Assembly (NCBI GenBank): GCA_000091205.1
Contig: AP006487.2
Length of the DNA stretch: 64,000 nt
Strand: one strand, 5' to 3'
Origin: Cyanidioschyzon merolae
Taxonomy: Eukaryota
Position numbers and translations under genes: made by a program. A model generated the notes under the pieces. That model did not search any database. It saw nothing but the letters and a program-made list of their open reading frames with translations, and had not been told where the DNA came from. This document shows positions 1 through 11,237 of the stretch, one piece after another (the first letter of the stretch is position 1; each line of letters begins with the position of its first letter).

Positions 1-597
1 CGGGGTCTGTAAAATCGGGACATGAACGCCATCATCAAATCATTCGAATGCTGAGAATGGAGCTTGACAGAACGGAGCGACCGGTGTATTGTATGGCAGA
101 GAAAGCGAAAGGAGGCAGTTACAGAAAATTCCGCAAGATCTGGTATTGATGCCATTTGGAAGAGACCCAAACTTTCGCAAGTACGTCCGCGTCCACCAAG
201 TCGTCCTCTTCGATTTTATGCTGACACGGGTATAAAAAGTCCAGTGATGAGATGAGCGGAACCTCTCCCAGATTCGCGGTTTCTTCGCTGGGGTACCTCT
301 GGGATGGACGGCACTCACGCATGTATACATGCATGCGCATGCTCACCCCGAGAAAAGCATACATAAAAAGGCAGCAACCTCATTCGTAGAACGAGGGCAG
401 CGGGTGATGATGCTCGTGACTGAATCAACTCATCATCGAGTCGCTCCTGGCAGGAGTATCGGGTACCGTGCCCAGTATGCCTGTAAGCAGACGCCATTTC
501 ATGGCTGTTTCGCAGCGCCGCCTAGCGGCCTCGTCACTCCACCCGGACGCATGCACGCTGCCGACGCAAAGGCGAACCGCAACCTGCTGCGCAAACC

Positions 598-2901
598 CTA
601 ATGAGAGCCGTTGGAGCCATCGAGGTCGCGGCTTGTCCGGATCGGGAGCTCAACCGGGTTGTATGGAACAAAAACGTTCTGCATATATTGCAAGAATCGT
701 CGACGATAGAAAGCTGGCGGGCAAACCGATGGCGCTGCACCGCAATAAATAAAGAGTTTCCAGCCAAACTCCAGTCTTTTGGGTACGCTGTAATCCTGCA
801 GTGCATCAATAATGCCGAGGCGAAGCTTGTATCCAACGTAGTTGCCAGCCTCTCGGCGAAACGCGATCAGATCCCGAAAAAGAAGCTTGTCTTCAGTGGC
901 ATCGGTGATTCTCTGGGCGAGAGTTGGACTTTGCGGGGCCATCCCGGGCGTCGAACCTGGCAGCTGCAGTGTAAGCTTCGCCAGCGGCGACACAGTGCTC
1001 AAGAGAAGCCCCTCCTGGTCTGTGTTTGTTGATTCCAAAATGACCGGCAGCGATTGCTTCTGCGTCTCATCGGCAAACGGGATTTCCGATCCATGCGCTC
1101 GTCCTTCGTGAGTCGCACTGTGCGTGCGTTTCCATAATGGTGCCGGGATCGGTTCCGAGAGCCCAATGAGAAGCGAGTAGTCCATAATATGGAGCTCCTC
1201 CAGGAACGCCGTGTCCCTCTCGATCATGCGCATGAGGATGGTGTAATCATTTGCGCGAATCAGAAACGGTGAGCGAATGTCATCCTCTCTGAATATCGGC
1301 ACCGCAACCAGTTGAGAGAATGCAATTCTCTCTGACCACTCATGCTCCACGAAAGACGTTTGGGGCACCTGCAAATGCAATGGAGGTCTCTCTGTTCCGG
1401 TCTCATTTGAAGCAGCTGGTGATTTGCTTGAGCGAGTGCGTGCATCCGCAAGAGACGCACTTGCCTTTTTCTTGTACCGTTGAGGAAGGCTCCGTAGCGA
1501 CCTGGGGCGCGGCTTCGATCGCCGGCTTCCTTTCAGATCGTACTTTTCATGCAAGCGAAAAGCGGACGGGAATAGGTCCGGGACGACAACGAAACGAATA
1601 TGGTGTCTTTGTCGAGTCCGGATCTGAAACAGCGCTAAGTACTGCGGGAGCAGAGTGCCCAACGGATCTGAAGAAACGTAAGCGAAGTATGCTGGTAGCA
1701 GTTGAATCAGCTTCGAGTACTCCTGTCGCGTAATGGTCTTGAGTAGAAACTGCTGATCGTGCGTCAGGAAGAAAAGTGCCTGGGAGTTACCTGGACTGGG
1801 TATCTCTACCAGTCCTGCTGGGTTGCAGAGCGACCCCAGGAACTCATCGTCAGTGTAGCCGAACACGCGACGCAGACGTGCGAAAACGCGCGGTGCCGAA
1901 AACTCCCATTTGATCGAGTCGCTAAGAGGTTCTATATACCGGTTCGGTACTTCGCGGACACGGTCTCCGGCTTCCACATGGCATACAAAGGCTGCCACAA
2001 AGTCCGCATCCTGCAGAGGGGCATTGCGCTGCTGCCGCTCCTGCTCGTGGAGGACTTGAAGGGATCGGCGCACACCGGCCTGAATATTCAGCGCAATAAA
2101 CCATGAAGGATTATCCTTGAATACAGTAATCCCGGATTTGTTCCGCCGCATCACTTTCGGTTGCAGCGGGCCCCGCAGAAAAGTCGGAAGACTTCGCCGC
2201 GAACCAATACGAAAAACTCCCAGGCGCTGGAAGGTGCGCAGAAAGTCCTCCCTCAGGTTCACTTGTTCACTGAGAGAGTACTCTCGCTCAAAAGCTTGTG
2301 TCAGTTGATCGAGGCCCAAATACTGGACTCGCCGAGCCCCAGTAGAACAGAGCCGATCTCCGCCTGTCCCAGGGCTGTTGGCGTCTGTCGGCGTTGCGTG
2401 CTCGTCGCTTCGAGGGTCATCAAAGTAGCTGTTTCGCAGGTGACCATCATCAATCAACCAAAAGCCGCCTTCGTTCCCTGTATCGATAAACCGTCCGGGT
2501 TGCGGATGCCGTTCACGAACGATCCGTTCGAGCTGTTCGCGATCCATGTCATACACTCGCTTCGCATATTCGTAACGCACTCGCGTGTTTACAGGGAGCT
2601 CAACAAGCGCCTCCCACACCGGGTATGTGCTGGGTGAGGTCTCCAGCGCCACAGCGCGCTCCGCGTCCCAACAACCAAGCGATTCACATGAACCGAGTAA
2701 GATGATGTCCTCGTTCGCGATGGTGTACGAGCGAACCCGAAATACGGCTTCGCAGGTGCTAGGACTTTGGTTTTCGTCAGCATCCACGTTCGAAACGCTC
2801 ACTGAGTTCGAACGAGTCTTCGAAGCGTGGGTTCCTCTGCCTCTCAGGAGGCCGCTCACAGCGGGAATCAGAGACCAAGGCCGTCTCCTCGGCCTCTTCA
2901 T
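598..2901 (-). CDS. Phosphatidylinositol-phosphate kinase (PIPK catalytic domain) with an N-terminal CBM20-like starch-binding domain
   Basis: Uninterrupted 767-aa ORF with ATG start. C-terminal two thirds carry PIPK hallmarks: SPGNSQALFFLTHDQQFLLKTI, LLPAYFAYVSSDPLGTLLPQYLALFQI, IMDYSLLIGL, YKLRLGIIDALQDY. N-terminal ~100 aa match the CBM20 pattern (VFRVRSYTIANEDIILLGSCESLGCWDAERAVALETSPSTYPVWEALVELPVNTRVRYEYAKRV). Confidence 0.8.
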   Translation of the reverse strand: MKRPRRRPWSLIPAVSGLLRGRGTHASKTRSNSVSVSNVDADENQSPSTCEAVFRVRSYTIANEDIILLGSCESLGCWDAERAVALETSPSTYPVWEALVELPVNTRVRYEYAKRVYDMDREQLERIVRERHPQPGRFIDTGNEGGFWLIDDGHLRNSYFDDPRSDEHATPTDANSPGTGGDRLCSTGARRVQYLGLDQLTQAFEREYSLSEQVNLREDFLRTFQRLGVFRIGSRRSLPTFLRGPLQPKVMRRNKSGITVFKDNPSWFIALNIQAGVRRSLQVLHEQERQQRNAPLQDADFVAAFVCHVEAGDRVREVPNRYIEPLSDSIKWEFSAPRVFARLRRVFGYTDDEFLGSLCNPAGLVEIPSPGNSQALFFLTHDQQFLLKTITRQEYSKLIQLLPAYFAYVSSDPLGTLLPQYLALFQIRTRQRHHIRFVVVPDLFPSAFRLHEKYDLKGSRRSKPRPRSLRSLPQRYKKKASASLADARTRSSKSPAASNETGTERPPLHLQVPQTSFVEHEWSERIAFSQLVAVPIFREDDIRSPFLIRANDYTILMRMIERDTAFLEELHIMDYSLLIGLSEPIPAPLWKRTHSATHEGRAHGSEIPFADETQKQSLPVILESTNTDQEGLLLSTVSPLAKLTLQLPGSTPGMAPQSPTLAQRITDATEDKLLFRDLIAFRREAGNYVGYKLRLGIIDALQDYSVPKRLEFGWKLFIYCGAAPSVCPPAFYRRRFLQYMQNVFVPYNPVELPIRTSRDLDGSNGSH

Positions 2902-5540
2902 TGTAAGCGTAGGGTACTCTTAGCTGTGCCAACCTCTCCCGACACCTTTACATATCCCAGAGCGTGCGAGTTCTGAACCCGAAACGCTACTCAGTGGAAA
3001 GCGCTTGTCGAGTGTCGACACGAGCGCCGCTTCCCGTTCCCCGGCAGCAGACCAGCGGCAGCAAGCGACGATTCGGGGGTTCAGGGAGGTGCCGATCCGC
3101 AGCCTGCTGGGACGGGTGCGCGCTCGCCAGCAACGCAGGCCGCCGGATACCGGGGCATGTCCACGGTGCACTCGCAGACGGCGTCGGGGTAGGCACGGAC
3201 GGCAGAGTGGGTATCCGTATGGGCGCTTGAAGGGAGCCTGATTGCCGCAGAGGTCCTCTTCGTGATTCATGGAACTTGAACGAATTTATGCGGCATGCAT
3301 CTTGCTTCGCTGGCTCTCGATAACAATCGCGCAGCCGTGGAAACCTTTGTTCGACGCATTGATGCCGCACCCGATAAGGACTAGGGAATGGAGTATGCGA
3401 GAGCCCGCTCCGTGCATCGCTGATGGTGTACGCAGCCGATAGCTCTGTTGCGCGCTTTCGCTTCAAGGAGCATCGCTGGGGACGCATTCGATGCATGCTG
3501 GTCGGTTTCATACCGAACAGAATTTGCGGTCGATCGACGATGACTCCAGAGCGTTCGACCCGAAGTTGATCGAGCACCAAATGTTGTTCAGCAGGTAGCT
3601 TCTGATGGAAGCTTTTGTTGCTGGTTCGCGGTGATGGACTCGGCGGTTGCCGATGTCTGGTGTGTTCTCGTGCGTTGCACGTTCGCGCACTGCGCCTTGG
3701 TCAGATACGAACGAAGCACGGATGTGCTCGTTTTGTTTCTGCGTTACGATCTTTTCTGCAGTTTTTGAAGATGAACTGCGCCGTCATTGGAAGTTTGCGT
3801 GTAAGAGCTTATGGACTTGCATGTAGCTCTAGGACTTTCGGTCGACTTTTTTGGAGTTGATGCTTCTCCGCTCGAATTCTGTTCTACACGGGAATCGAGA
3901 TGATTCTCGTCGCTCCTGGACCAGCATTCGTGCAAGAACTGATATCACGATACAACTCGCACGTATAGGCTTCCATTTTCCTCCTCGCCTTACGTGCAGC
4001 ATATTCAGATCACGGAAAAATCAGTTGTTCGATGTTGCTGTTTCAACGCAAGTTGCGTGCGCTGCAATTGGCGCCACTGGATGGACATGACACAAAAATT
4101 TGGTGTCGTCCATTGACGATTCGTTGAAAAGCACATGTGAAATGTTCTCGGAACATGTCACGTAAAATAACCAATTCCATTCCAAGTCCGTATTCTTGTA
4201 AGTTTTCGATCAAAGATGAGACGGTGCTCCAAAAGAGTATGGTACCTCCCAGGGGATATGCCTCCAGAATCACATGGTTTCGCTGTTTGCATGGAAAAAA
4301 GTTCTTGGGGCTCGGATTTTCCGCAAAGAAACGATCTCTCTCAAGGAGAAAAGCGTCATCGCTTTGCACGAAGCAAGCGTGGACGGATCCGAATTCGTCG
4401 AATTTTATCCATTCCGGACGCTTTTCCAGGTACTTGTTTCTTCATGGACAACAGCGTCGCGTTCCGTAAATCCTCGATCGAATGGGGCAACGAGCGTTTC
4501 TCTGTGCTGCGGTCAGAACACTCGCTGAAGAGATTTGGTAGCAGAAGCCCATTTTCGTACGGTACGGAGCTCGCGGGCAGGGTAACCGTAGACGGAATCC
4601 AATGGGACCTTCTGAGCCCGTCAAGCACATGTACCGAATGATATGGCAAGCGTTTGCACGCAACGCGGCAGCTTCACGAGCAGGAGATGTGCTTGACATT
4701 TGGGATCACTTGACGACCGTCAAGTTTCACTGCTGCAAAGCTAGCACCGAGGCAATATACAAAAGCATGAAAGCGGCAAAAAAGCCTCGATCGCATCTTG
4801 TGTCTGTGCATGAACTGCGTCACCAACAGGCGGATGCTGCGAAATCGGGAATCAAACGCCGCCACCTGCATCCTTCGGCTCTTGACAACGGAACTGGGAT
4901 CACAAGACACTCGTGCGCATTCAGAGCCGTAGACTAGAGATAGCAAAAGGAAGCTGTGCCCAAAAATTCCACAAACGCCGGTGTTGATCGTATTCAGAAT
5001 AGTCATAAACTTTGGTGTGAACGCCCGTGTTTTTCCCAGTGCACTTTTTTTCAAGCACGATTGCAATAGCAAAGCGTCTGGTGCAAGAGCGTTGCAATCG
5101 CCGTCGCTCCCAGGATACCGATCTGCCGTACGCGCCGCTGCAGGGTCCGCGGATCGCGCGCCCGTGCCAAGCAACGCATCCGCCCTTGGAGCGTTACGCG
5201 CAATGCATCGATGCGATGCATTGCGCTGCGCGCTGCAGGATACCCGCCTGCAGCCGATGCCGTGCGGTGTTCGATCTCCGCATCGACTTGCGTTCAGCGT
5301 TCCAGGGGTTTCGGTTACCGCTCAGCGGCACCTAGGAATCAGAACGCTGTGGAACAGAGCGGTTCTAGGTCTAGTGGACTGTGCCATTTAAATTCTAGGA
5401 AACTTGAACGTTTCTACGGGAGCAATACATCGTCAGGAACCCCAAAACATTAAAGTGTGGGAAGCTGTCGCCACGCGCTGCAAAGGTGCCCGCGTACGGG
5501 TGCGAGCTGCCGACTGTACCGAACAGAATTCGGTCTGAAA

Positions 5541-6302
5541 ATGTTTAAATCTAAACTATATCGACGCTCTTGGCGGAAAAGGCGACAAGATAATCAGCAG
5601 ATCCTGAGAAATCGGGTGCTCAAACGCAAGCAGCAGGGGCAGGAACAGCAGCAGGAACAGCAGCAGGAACAGCAGCAGGAACAGCAGCCCTGGCGACTAT
5701 GCGCGGACGTGCACGCCCTGTTCCATCGCCTGAGTGAGCACAACGCCCCCGGCGAGAAAGATATGGCACACGCTTCTCCTATGCAATCCATTACGAGGCC
5801 CGGTTCGTTGACATGTACCAGTCCGGCGCTTCGCAAAGTTCTTTCTGAGACCCGGGCAGAACTTTTTCGCACGCGGGATCGTCTCCGGGAGACGCAGCAG
5901 CAGGTCCGTGAACTGGAACATGATCGGACGAGCCTCGAGCAGGCGCTCATGCGTGTCCTTGAGTTGGATCAAGTCCTCCAGAATGGGCAGACGCCATTCC
6001 GTGCTTCCCACGTCTGGGAAACTCCACGAGAGGATCGATTGTTTTCACGTGTCGGGGTGGCGAGCACCCCATGGCTGGAGCGGAGCACGGTGTGGTTCTC
6101 CCCCCGAGAACCCAACTCTGCGAAACGAGCGTTGATCATTCAAGAGGCCCTCGAGAAACGATTTCCTCAGGAAAGGGCCCCTCGTGACGAATGGGACTGT
6201 TCACCTGTTCTCCAAACGAGCGATCTGACAGCGGACCACATTTCTTTACCTAGGAATGACACATCCGCAGCATATGAACACTTTGCCGATCGATCTATAT
6301 GA
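5541..6302 (+). CDS. Hypothetical Q/E-rich coiled-coil protein
   Basis: ORF track starts at a GTG at 5457; first ATG in frame is 5541 (MFKSKLYRR). Contains (QQEQ)n low-complexity tract and a predicted coiled-coil segment (RDRLRETQQQVRELEHDRTSLEQALMRVLELDQVLQ). No recognisable catalytic domain. Confidence 0.35.
   Translation: MFKSKLYRRSWRKRRQDNQQILRNRVLKRKQQGQEQQQEQQQEQQQEQQPWRLCADVHALFHRLSEHNAPGEKDMAHASPMQSITRPGSLTCTSPALRKVLSETRAELFRTRDRLRETQQQVRELEHDRTSLEQALMRVLELDQVLQNGQTPFRASHVWETPREDRLFSRVGVASTPWLERSTVWFSPREPNSAKRALIIQEALEKRFPQERAPRDEWDCSPVLQTSDLTADHISLPRNDTSAAYEHFADRSI
5637..5690. repeat. 12-bp microsatellite (CAGCAGGAACAG) x ~4, coding for a Q/E tract
   Basis: Directly visible tandem copies cagcaggaacag within the 5541-6302 ORF. 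Confidence 0.9.
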
Positions 6303-7387
6303 CTAGGGGCGCGCAGTGTTCCCTTCGATCGCTGACTATAGATCCCATGTATGATCGCGTGCGAGTATGTCGCCATCCGAAACATTGCAGCTCAGTACAG
6401 GCAGCGATTCACTTGCTCTGGCGATGAAGAAAGATCCTGAGAAACTGCATGGAATGCTCGTTAAACCGCATGGGAAGCAGTGCGCTGCTGGTGATATGCG
6501 CCTGTGGTATGCGCCGCGAGGTCCTCAGACACCGCTGCCGCTGGCGTCACCATGGCAGCGCCCTCTCGACTCGAACCGCATATGCTGTTGAAACGGCGTC
6601 GATGGATACCGAGGCCAATGCTCCACCGTCTCCCAATAGCACCTCAACTTCTGGGCTACATGGCTGTGGGTCCATCCAAGTTCCGAAGATGCTTCGCAAG
6701 TCGTCTTTGCCGGCCGCTATGTTTGCGAGGAAACAGCACTCGGCCACCTTAAAAAGCTGCAGCATCAACACGGCGTCGGGAATGGCTCGCATAACCTCCG
6801 CCTGTTCTGCAGCGCGACACGAAGCAAGCTTCGAGGCTGGTGGTAGTAGCTGGTTGCGTCCACGCTGCAGTTTGTCGGAAGCGAGGAAGCTGCAAGCGCC
6901 CCGTATCCGGCCAAGCTGGGGGTGCTGCGAGCTCTCCTCTATTCCCTTCAGGACGATATTGCTTTCGACCAGTGACTGAGCGCTGGTTGATGCGTCTGAA
7001 GTGCGAACGAGATAAATTAACAGAAAAACGTCAGCACAGGCGTCCGTTCACAGCTCCGTTGTATCGCCACCGCAAACGCAGTGAGAGTGCGTCGGACGCA
7101 TTCAGCGTTTCTGCAGTCATTGTTTCCTCCTGTTTCCCAAGTGCCAACGTATCAAGACGTGGGTGCTTCAACGCACACAAAGAGCAGCAGAGGAGGGTTC
7201 TCTCGATGATGAAATACGCCAGGTGTGCGCGCCGAGGACGCTGGTGCAGCGCTGACGAGCCCCTACGACCGTAGGCTGCGCGGCGAGCACATCTGTCGTA
7301 CCCCTAGGTTTGATTGGGTTCGTTCAAGTGAGCAACCGCAAAAACTAAAGCCGTGCGAGCTTTGGGCAGAAGACCTCTATCTCAGTG

Positions 7388-8689
7388 ATGCTCGCAAGTG
7401 CCCGCGCACTGAACCGATCGCTGACTCAGCGAACTTTTTCTTTTGCTGGATTCGGGGACTCGCGAGTAACTGGACCTCACGCGAGCTCTGTCCGGCGCCT
7501 CTGCACTGGGCGCTTGGGTGCTGGGGCAGCTCGGCTTCCCGAGAACATTGCGCCAAACATCCTGCGGGAACTGACAAGTGCATTCAGTGCAGGTAAAGAA
7601 AGCCCGGTTTCGATACGAGAACTGCGCCGGGCGCTTTTTGACACTGTGACAGGACTTTCACCTGCATATGTCGGTCACGCCAAGGCGCTGGCGCTTCTCG
7701 CCTGGAAGGCACCTGGGCACTATGCTGCACTGCGCAGCGTCTTGTTGCGTTTATCCATAATGCGACCAGCCTGGTCACCGAAGCATATCCTCGATATTGC
7801 GAGCACCTCTGGGGGAATGGGCATCGTAGCTGCTCAGGCAACATGGCCCTCTACGAAACTCGATGCCGTGCTCCTGCACTCACACCTTGAGGCGACCGCG
7901 GCGTGCCAAACGTGGCTGCGTGCGGATACGAAAACGCGTTCCTATTTGGAATCCCCTGACGACTATGACCTAATCACCGCCGTGCATTGTCGATCTGATG
8001 GCGGCGCTTACGAACGAAGCCTCGACTTCTTCGAGCAGCTTTGGATGCGCTGTCGGGGGATGCTCGTGATCATCGAGCCCGGTTGTGCTGAAGGTTTTGC
8101 CCGTATGGAAGCTGTGCGCAGCCATTTACTGCAGCGCTTCCATTCCTCCGTGAAAGTCGCGGCACCGTGCCCCCATTCCGGTCCGTGTCCGCTGAGCACG
8201 AAGCACAATACCAAGATCGCGGCGGAGCGGGGCGAACACGGCTACCGCCACAACTTTTGCCATTTTGCTCAACGCTATCATCGAGATCCATCCCTGAAAG
8301 CGTTCGGCGCTCTGGATCGCGAAGGAAAACGTATGATGCCCTCGCATCGGGGTCATGCTCTGCGCAGATACGCTTACGTTGCGCTGGAACGAGTCCAGGA
8401 GGACGACGGCGACGACGCTGCGCGCGCCGCAACGCAGTCACAGGCTCCACCAGGTCGAATTCTGCGGGAGCCGCTACGACGTGGAGGCCACGTTGTCATG
8501 CATGTCTGCCAGCGCAACGGCCAAATTGAACAGCACACATATACGCGTCGCAAGCACGCAGACGGAACCTATCAAAGAGCGCGGCATGCTGCCTGGGGCG
8601 ACGAATGGGACGCTTCTGATCGAGACGCAGCATGTGGACTCGCTGATGCAGAGACACCGCTCGACCGTGCAGGGACGAATGTGTCCTGA
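7388..8689 (+). CDS. Rsm22/METTL17-like mitochondrial methyltransferase (putative)
   Basis: 434-aa ORF (real ATG at 7388 after a GTG). Methyltransferase-like central region (ILDIASTSGGMGIVAAQ) followed by a cysteine cluster (APCPHSGPCP ... FCHF) reminiscent of the CPHxxxCP Fe-S/zinc motif of the Rsm22 family. Confidence 0.5.
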   Translation: MLASARALNRSLTQRTFSFAGFGDSRVTGPHASSVRRLCTGRLGAGAARLPENIAPNILRELTSAFSAGKESPVSIRELRRALFDTVTGLSPAYVGHAKALALLAWKAPGHYAALRSVLLRLSIMRPAWSPKHILDIASTSGGMGIVAAQATWPSTKLDAVLLHSHLEATAACQTWLRADTKTRSYLESPDDYDLITAVHCRSDGGAYERSLDFFEQLWMRCRGMLVIIEPGCAEGFARMEAVRSHLLQRFHSSVKVAAPCPHSGPCPLSTKHNTKIAAERGEHGYRHNFCHFAQRYHRDPSLKAFGALDREGKRMMPSHRGHALRRYAYVALERVQEDDGDDAARAATQSQAPPGRILREPLRRGGHVVMHVCQRNGQIEQHTYTRRKHADGTYQRARHAAWGDEWDASDRDAACGLADAETPLDRAGTNVS

Positions 8690-8814
8690 TCAGAGCCAGA
8701 AACAATGATTGTACCAGTCGCTCATGATCGAGCGGCCCAAGCGAAGGTGGCGGACAGCCGACTGCCTCGCGAGCAGTGCCCTACGCAGCAGTAACGCGAG
8801 GAACGTTTGCTGTA

Positions 8815-8855
8815 GCGCGCTGTGCTGTGCTGTGCTGTGCTGTGCTGTGCTTTGC
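8815..8855. repeat. (GCTGT)n microsatellite, ~7 units
   Basis: gctgtgctgtgctgtgctgtgctgtgctgtgctttgctg read directly. Confidence 0.9.
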
Positions 8856-9567
8856 TGGATGGGATACATCTTGCACAGGGACGCGCGATAAGCTCCTGTC
8901 GCATGGCTTTTAGAGCTCAGTGATGAACCGGCTCCAGGTGGGCGCTTCTATCGGCACCAGGTGTGAAGGCGCGGGCTTCTCTGATGCTGCTTCTCGTCCA
9001 GAAAAGGATGTCGAAGCCCGTCCTCATCACCGGGCAATCGGTATGGGTACCTCACGGGCGCTGCGCTGGAGCACTTTATGGATCCCCACTACCGAATACG
9101 ATACGCACCACGCCGTCGGCGATGCGCCACCGGCATGCCCTCATCTAGTGCGGACACGTTGCACGACGACACGCATGCGGCCGTGCGTGTGTTCCGCGCT
9201 GCCCATCACCGCTGGACACGTGCACAGCATCAGTTCGCGAACGGTGCGTGCGCGCGTGCATGGCTTCCGAGTGAGCGGCGGCGGGATATGCGTGCACAGG
9301 ACACGTGTACAGGTCGCATGCGTGCGTGCATGCGTGATAGAAACGAAAACACGGCGGCAGCGCCCTGGAGCATCACATCGTGCTTTCTTTTCTTGCTGTC
9401 GTTCATTCACCAAAGCGCATTCTTTTTCGGGATGTTACCGCTTTCACGGATAGACCGGAATCAGTTCCGCAATGAATTACGTGTGATCGGAGTATAGCAG
9501 GTGATCTGGAGTATCGATTACGATTCGCAATTGTCGGCAAGAAACTCGTGGGTTTACTGCGTGTGCG

Positions 9568-10959
9568 TCACTGCTGTTCGTGCAGTTCACGATCGAGTGT
9601 TTCCGATAAAGCCGTCCCGATGTCTGGTGTGTATTTCGCATCGTCCGGCGCGAGGAGCTCCTCGTCGCTAGCGCGCTCCTCTGCCAGCGACACGAAGAAT
9701 CGGATGGCTAACTGTTGTGCATACGCCGGCGTAGCGTCGTCCAGGGCGTGCGCACCCGGGGCCCCCAGATGGCTCTGGAACCATGCCTGGACGCCAGCGC
9801 TTAACTGCTCGACCCGCTCCGTGGGGTACAGACGCAGAACGGCAAGCCACTGGTCCGGAGAACCTGGCAGAACGGTTTCCGATTCTCCGAGGACAAGCCG
9901 GGCCGAGTCCCCAGCAATGCACAGCGGGATACAGCCAGCGCTCATGGCCACGGCGATACGTCCCTGCCAATGCGGACTCGCCGAAACCAAGCAGAAACGA
10001 GTGCTCGACGCCAGCGACCAGAGGTCCAGAGCGTCGCTGCTGGTGAAGAAGCGAACGTCAGTCTCGGCATACCAGGACGCCACGTAGAGTGATTCGGACG
10101 GCAGCAGCTGCGTCAACACGGAAACCGTATACGGCCGCGATTCCGTTGTCTTTTGTCTGGAGCTTGGCGCGTCGAATGCATTCGGAAAAGGCGGAACGAG
10201 CCAGCGCACTTCCAAGCTTGGCACGCTAGTGTCGAAGAGCATCTCAGTGGAGGACACGATAAGCGCAGTCTCGCCTGCGAGGATGACATGGCGACAGCGG
10301 CGACAACACGACTCTGAGCCACGGTTCGCCGCCAGTGCGCGACAAAGCGCTCGTGCAGCTTCGATGGGGCCGCGCGATGCAACGCTGGGCGAAGCGCTCG
10401 CCAGTAGCGTCACCAGGATATCAGCGGCGTCCGGGTCAACAGTGCGGTACGGATAGTGCAGCGCATACTGCTGCGCCGCATTCGCTGCCAACGCAGCGTA
10501 CGCTGGTACGTACTGGGATGCACTGCCGCCCCAGAGTTGACTATACAACCACCCAGGATACACGAAAATGCGTGGGGGCGTCAGATTCTGGGCCTTCGAC
10601 GTCCAGGCCCAGGACGTCGTTGACAATGTGGCAAGTGATTCGAGCGCACTGATGCGTCCCAGCTGAGCGTTCGGCGCTGACGCGGGTTCCGCGGTAGCCG
10701 CTTTCGCCCGGAACGGCGCCGAGGGGGTGTCCCAGAACGCCGCCGACGGGCTATCGCGGCTGGCGGCTAGCGCATCCAGCCAGTCCGCGAGGTTACCTCG
10801 ATCCGGAGCCATCAGTCGCAGCGTCGAATAGACTGCCAAGCATGCAATAATAAGGTGCACAGCCCAGCGTCGTAGGTGGTAGAGACTTGCGTTGGCGGAC
10901 CAGCGCCGCAGCAGCGACGCGTACGGCGTGACGCTACCTGGAAAAGGTGTCCGCAACAT
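9568..10959 (-). CDS. Exostosin-like (GT47-type) glycosyltransferase, type II membrane topology (putative)
   Basis: Long ORF; ORF-track start at 11130 is a GTG, first ATG gives MLRTPFPG... A single N-proximal TM helix (WAVHLIIACLAVYSTLRLM) precedes a C-terminal region with exostosin-like motifs (FCLVSASPHWQGRIAVAMSAGCIPLCIAGD...LP). Confidence 0.45.
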   Translation of the reverse strand: MLRTPFPGSVTPYASLLRRWSANASLYHLRRWAVHLIIACLAVYSTLRLMAPDRGNLADWLDALAASRDSPSAAFWDTPSAPFRAKAATAEPASAPNAQLGRISALESLATLSTTSWAWTSKAQNLTPPRIFVYPGWLYSQLWGGSASQYVPAYAALAANAAQQYALHYPYRTVDPDAADILVTLLASASPSVASRGPIEAARALCRALAANRGSESCCRRCRHVILAGETALIVSSTEMLFDTSVPSLEVRWLVPPFPNAFDAPSSRQKTTESRPYTVSVLTQLLPSESLYVASWYAETDVRFFTSSDALDLWSLASSTRFCLVSASPHWQGRIAVAMSAGCIPLCIAGDSARLVLGESETVLPGSPDQWLAVLRLYPTERVEQLSAGVQAWFQSHLGAPGAHALDDATPAYAQQLAIRFFVSLAEERASDEELLAPDDAKYTPDIGTALSETLDRELHEQQ

Positions 10960-11237
10960 CGGCTCTTGCGAGGCTGCTACGTCGCAGCTGCGAAGAGCGA
11001 CGGTCGGCCTAGGTCCTTTCAGCGCACGCGCACCGTCTATAAGCGTTGCGCTTTGCCCGAGGAGCGTTCCCGGGCTGGCCGAGTGTAGCGCGCGCGTCCG
11101 GCGGAGGGCCAGGGCTTCGTGCCGGCGCACGTCGCCGCTGTCTTTCTTCTCCAGCGGTGGCGCTCGACGCTGCTGCGTTCCAGGTACACCCGCGGCCGGC
11201 GACCAGGATCCAAACTGGTGGTCCGCTTGCGCAACCT

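Noticed and set aside
5457-5540. ORF-track starts taken at face value
   Set aside because: Checking the start codons shows the track uses GTG/TTG as initiators (e.g. 5457 GTG, 25235 GTG, 28263 TTG, 60682 TTG, 48152 GTG); for a eukaryote I moved starts to the first in-frame ATG supported by homology.
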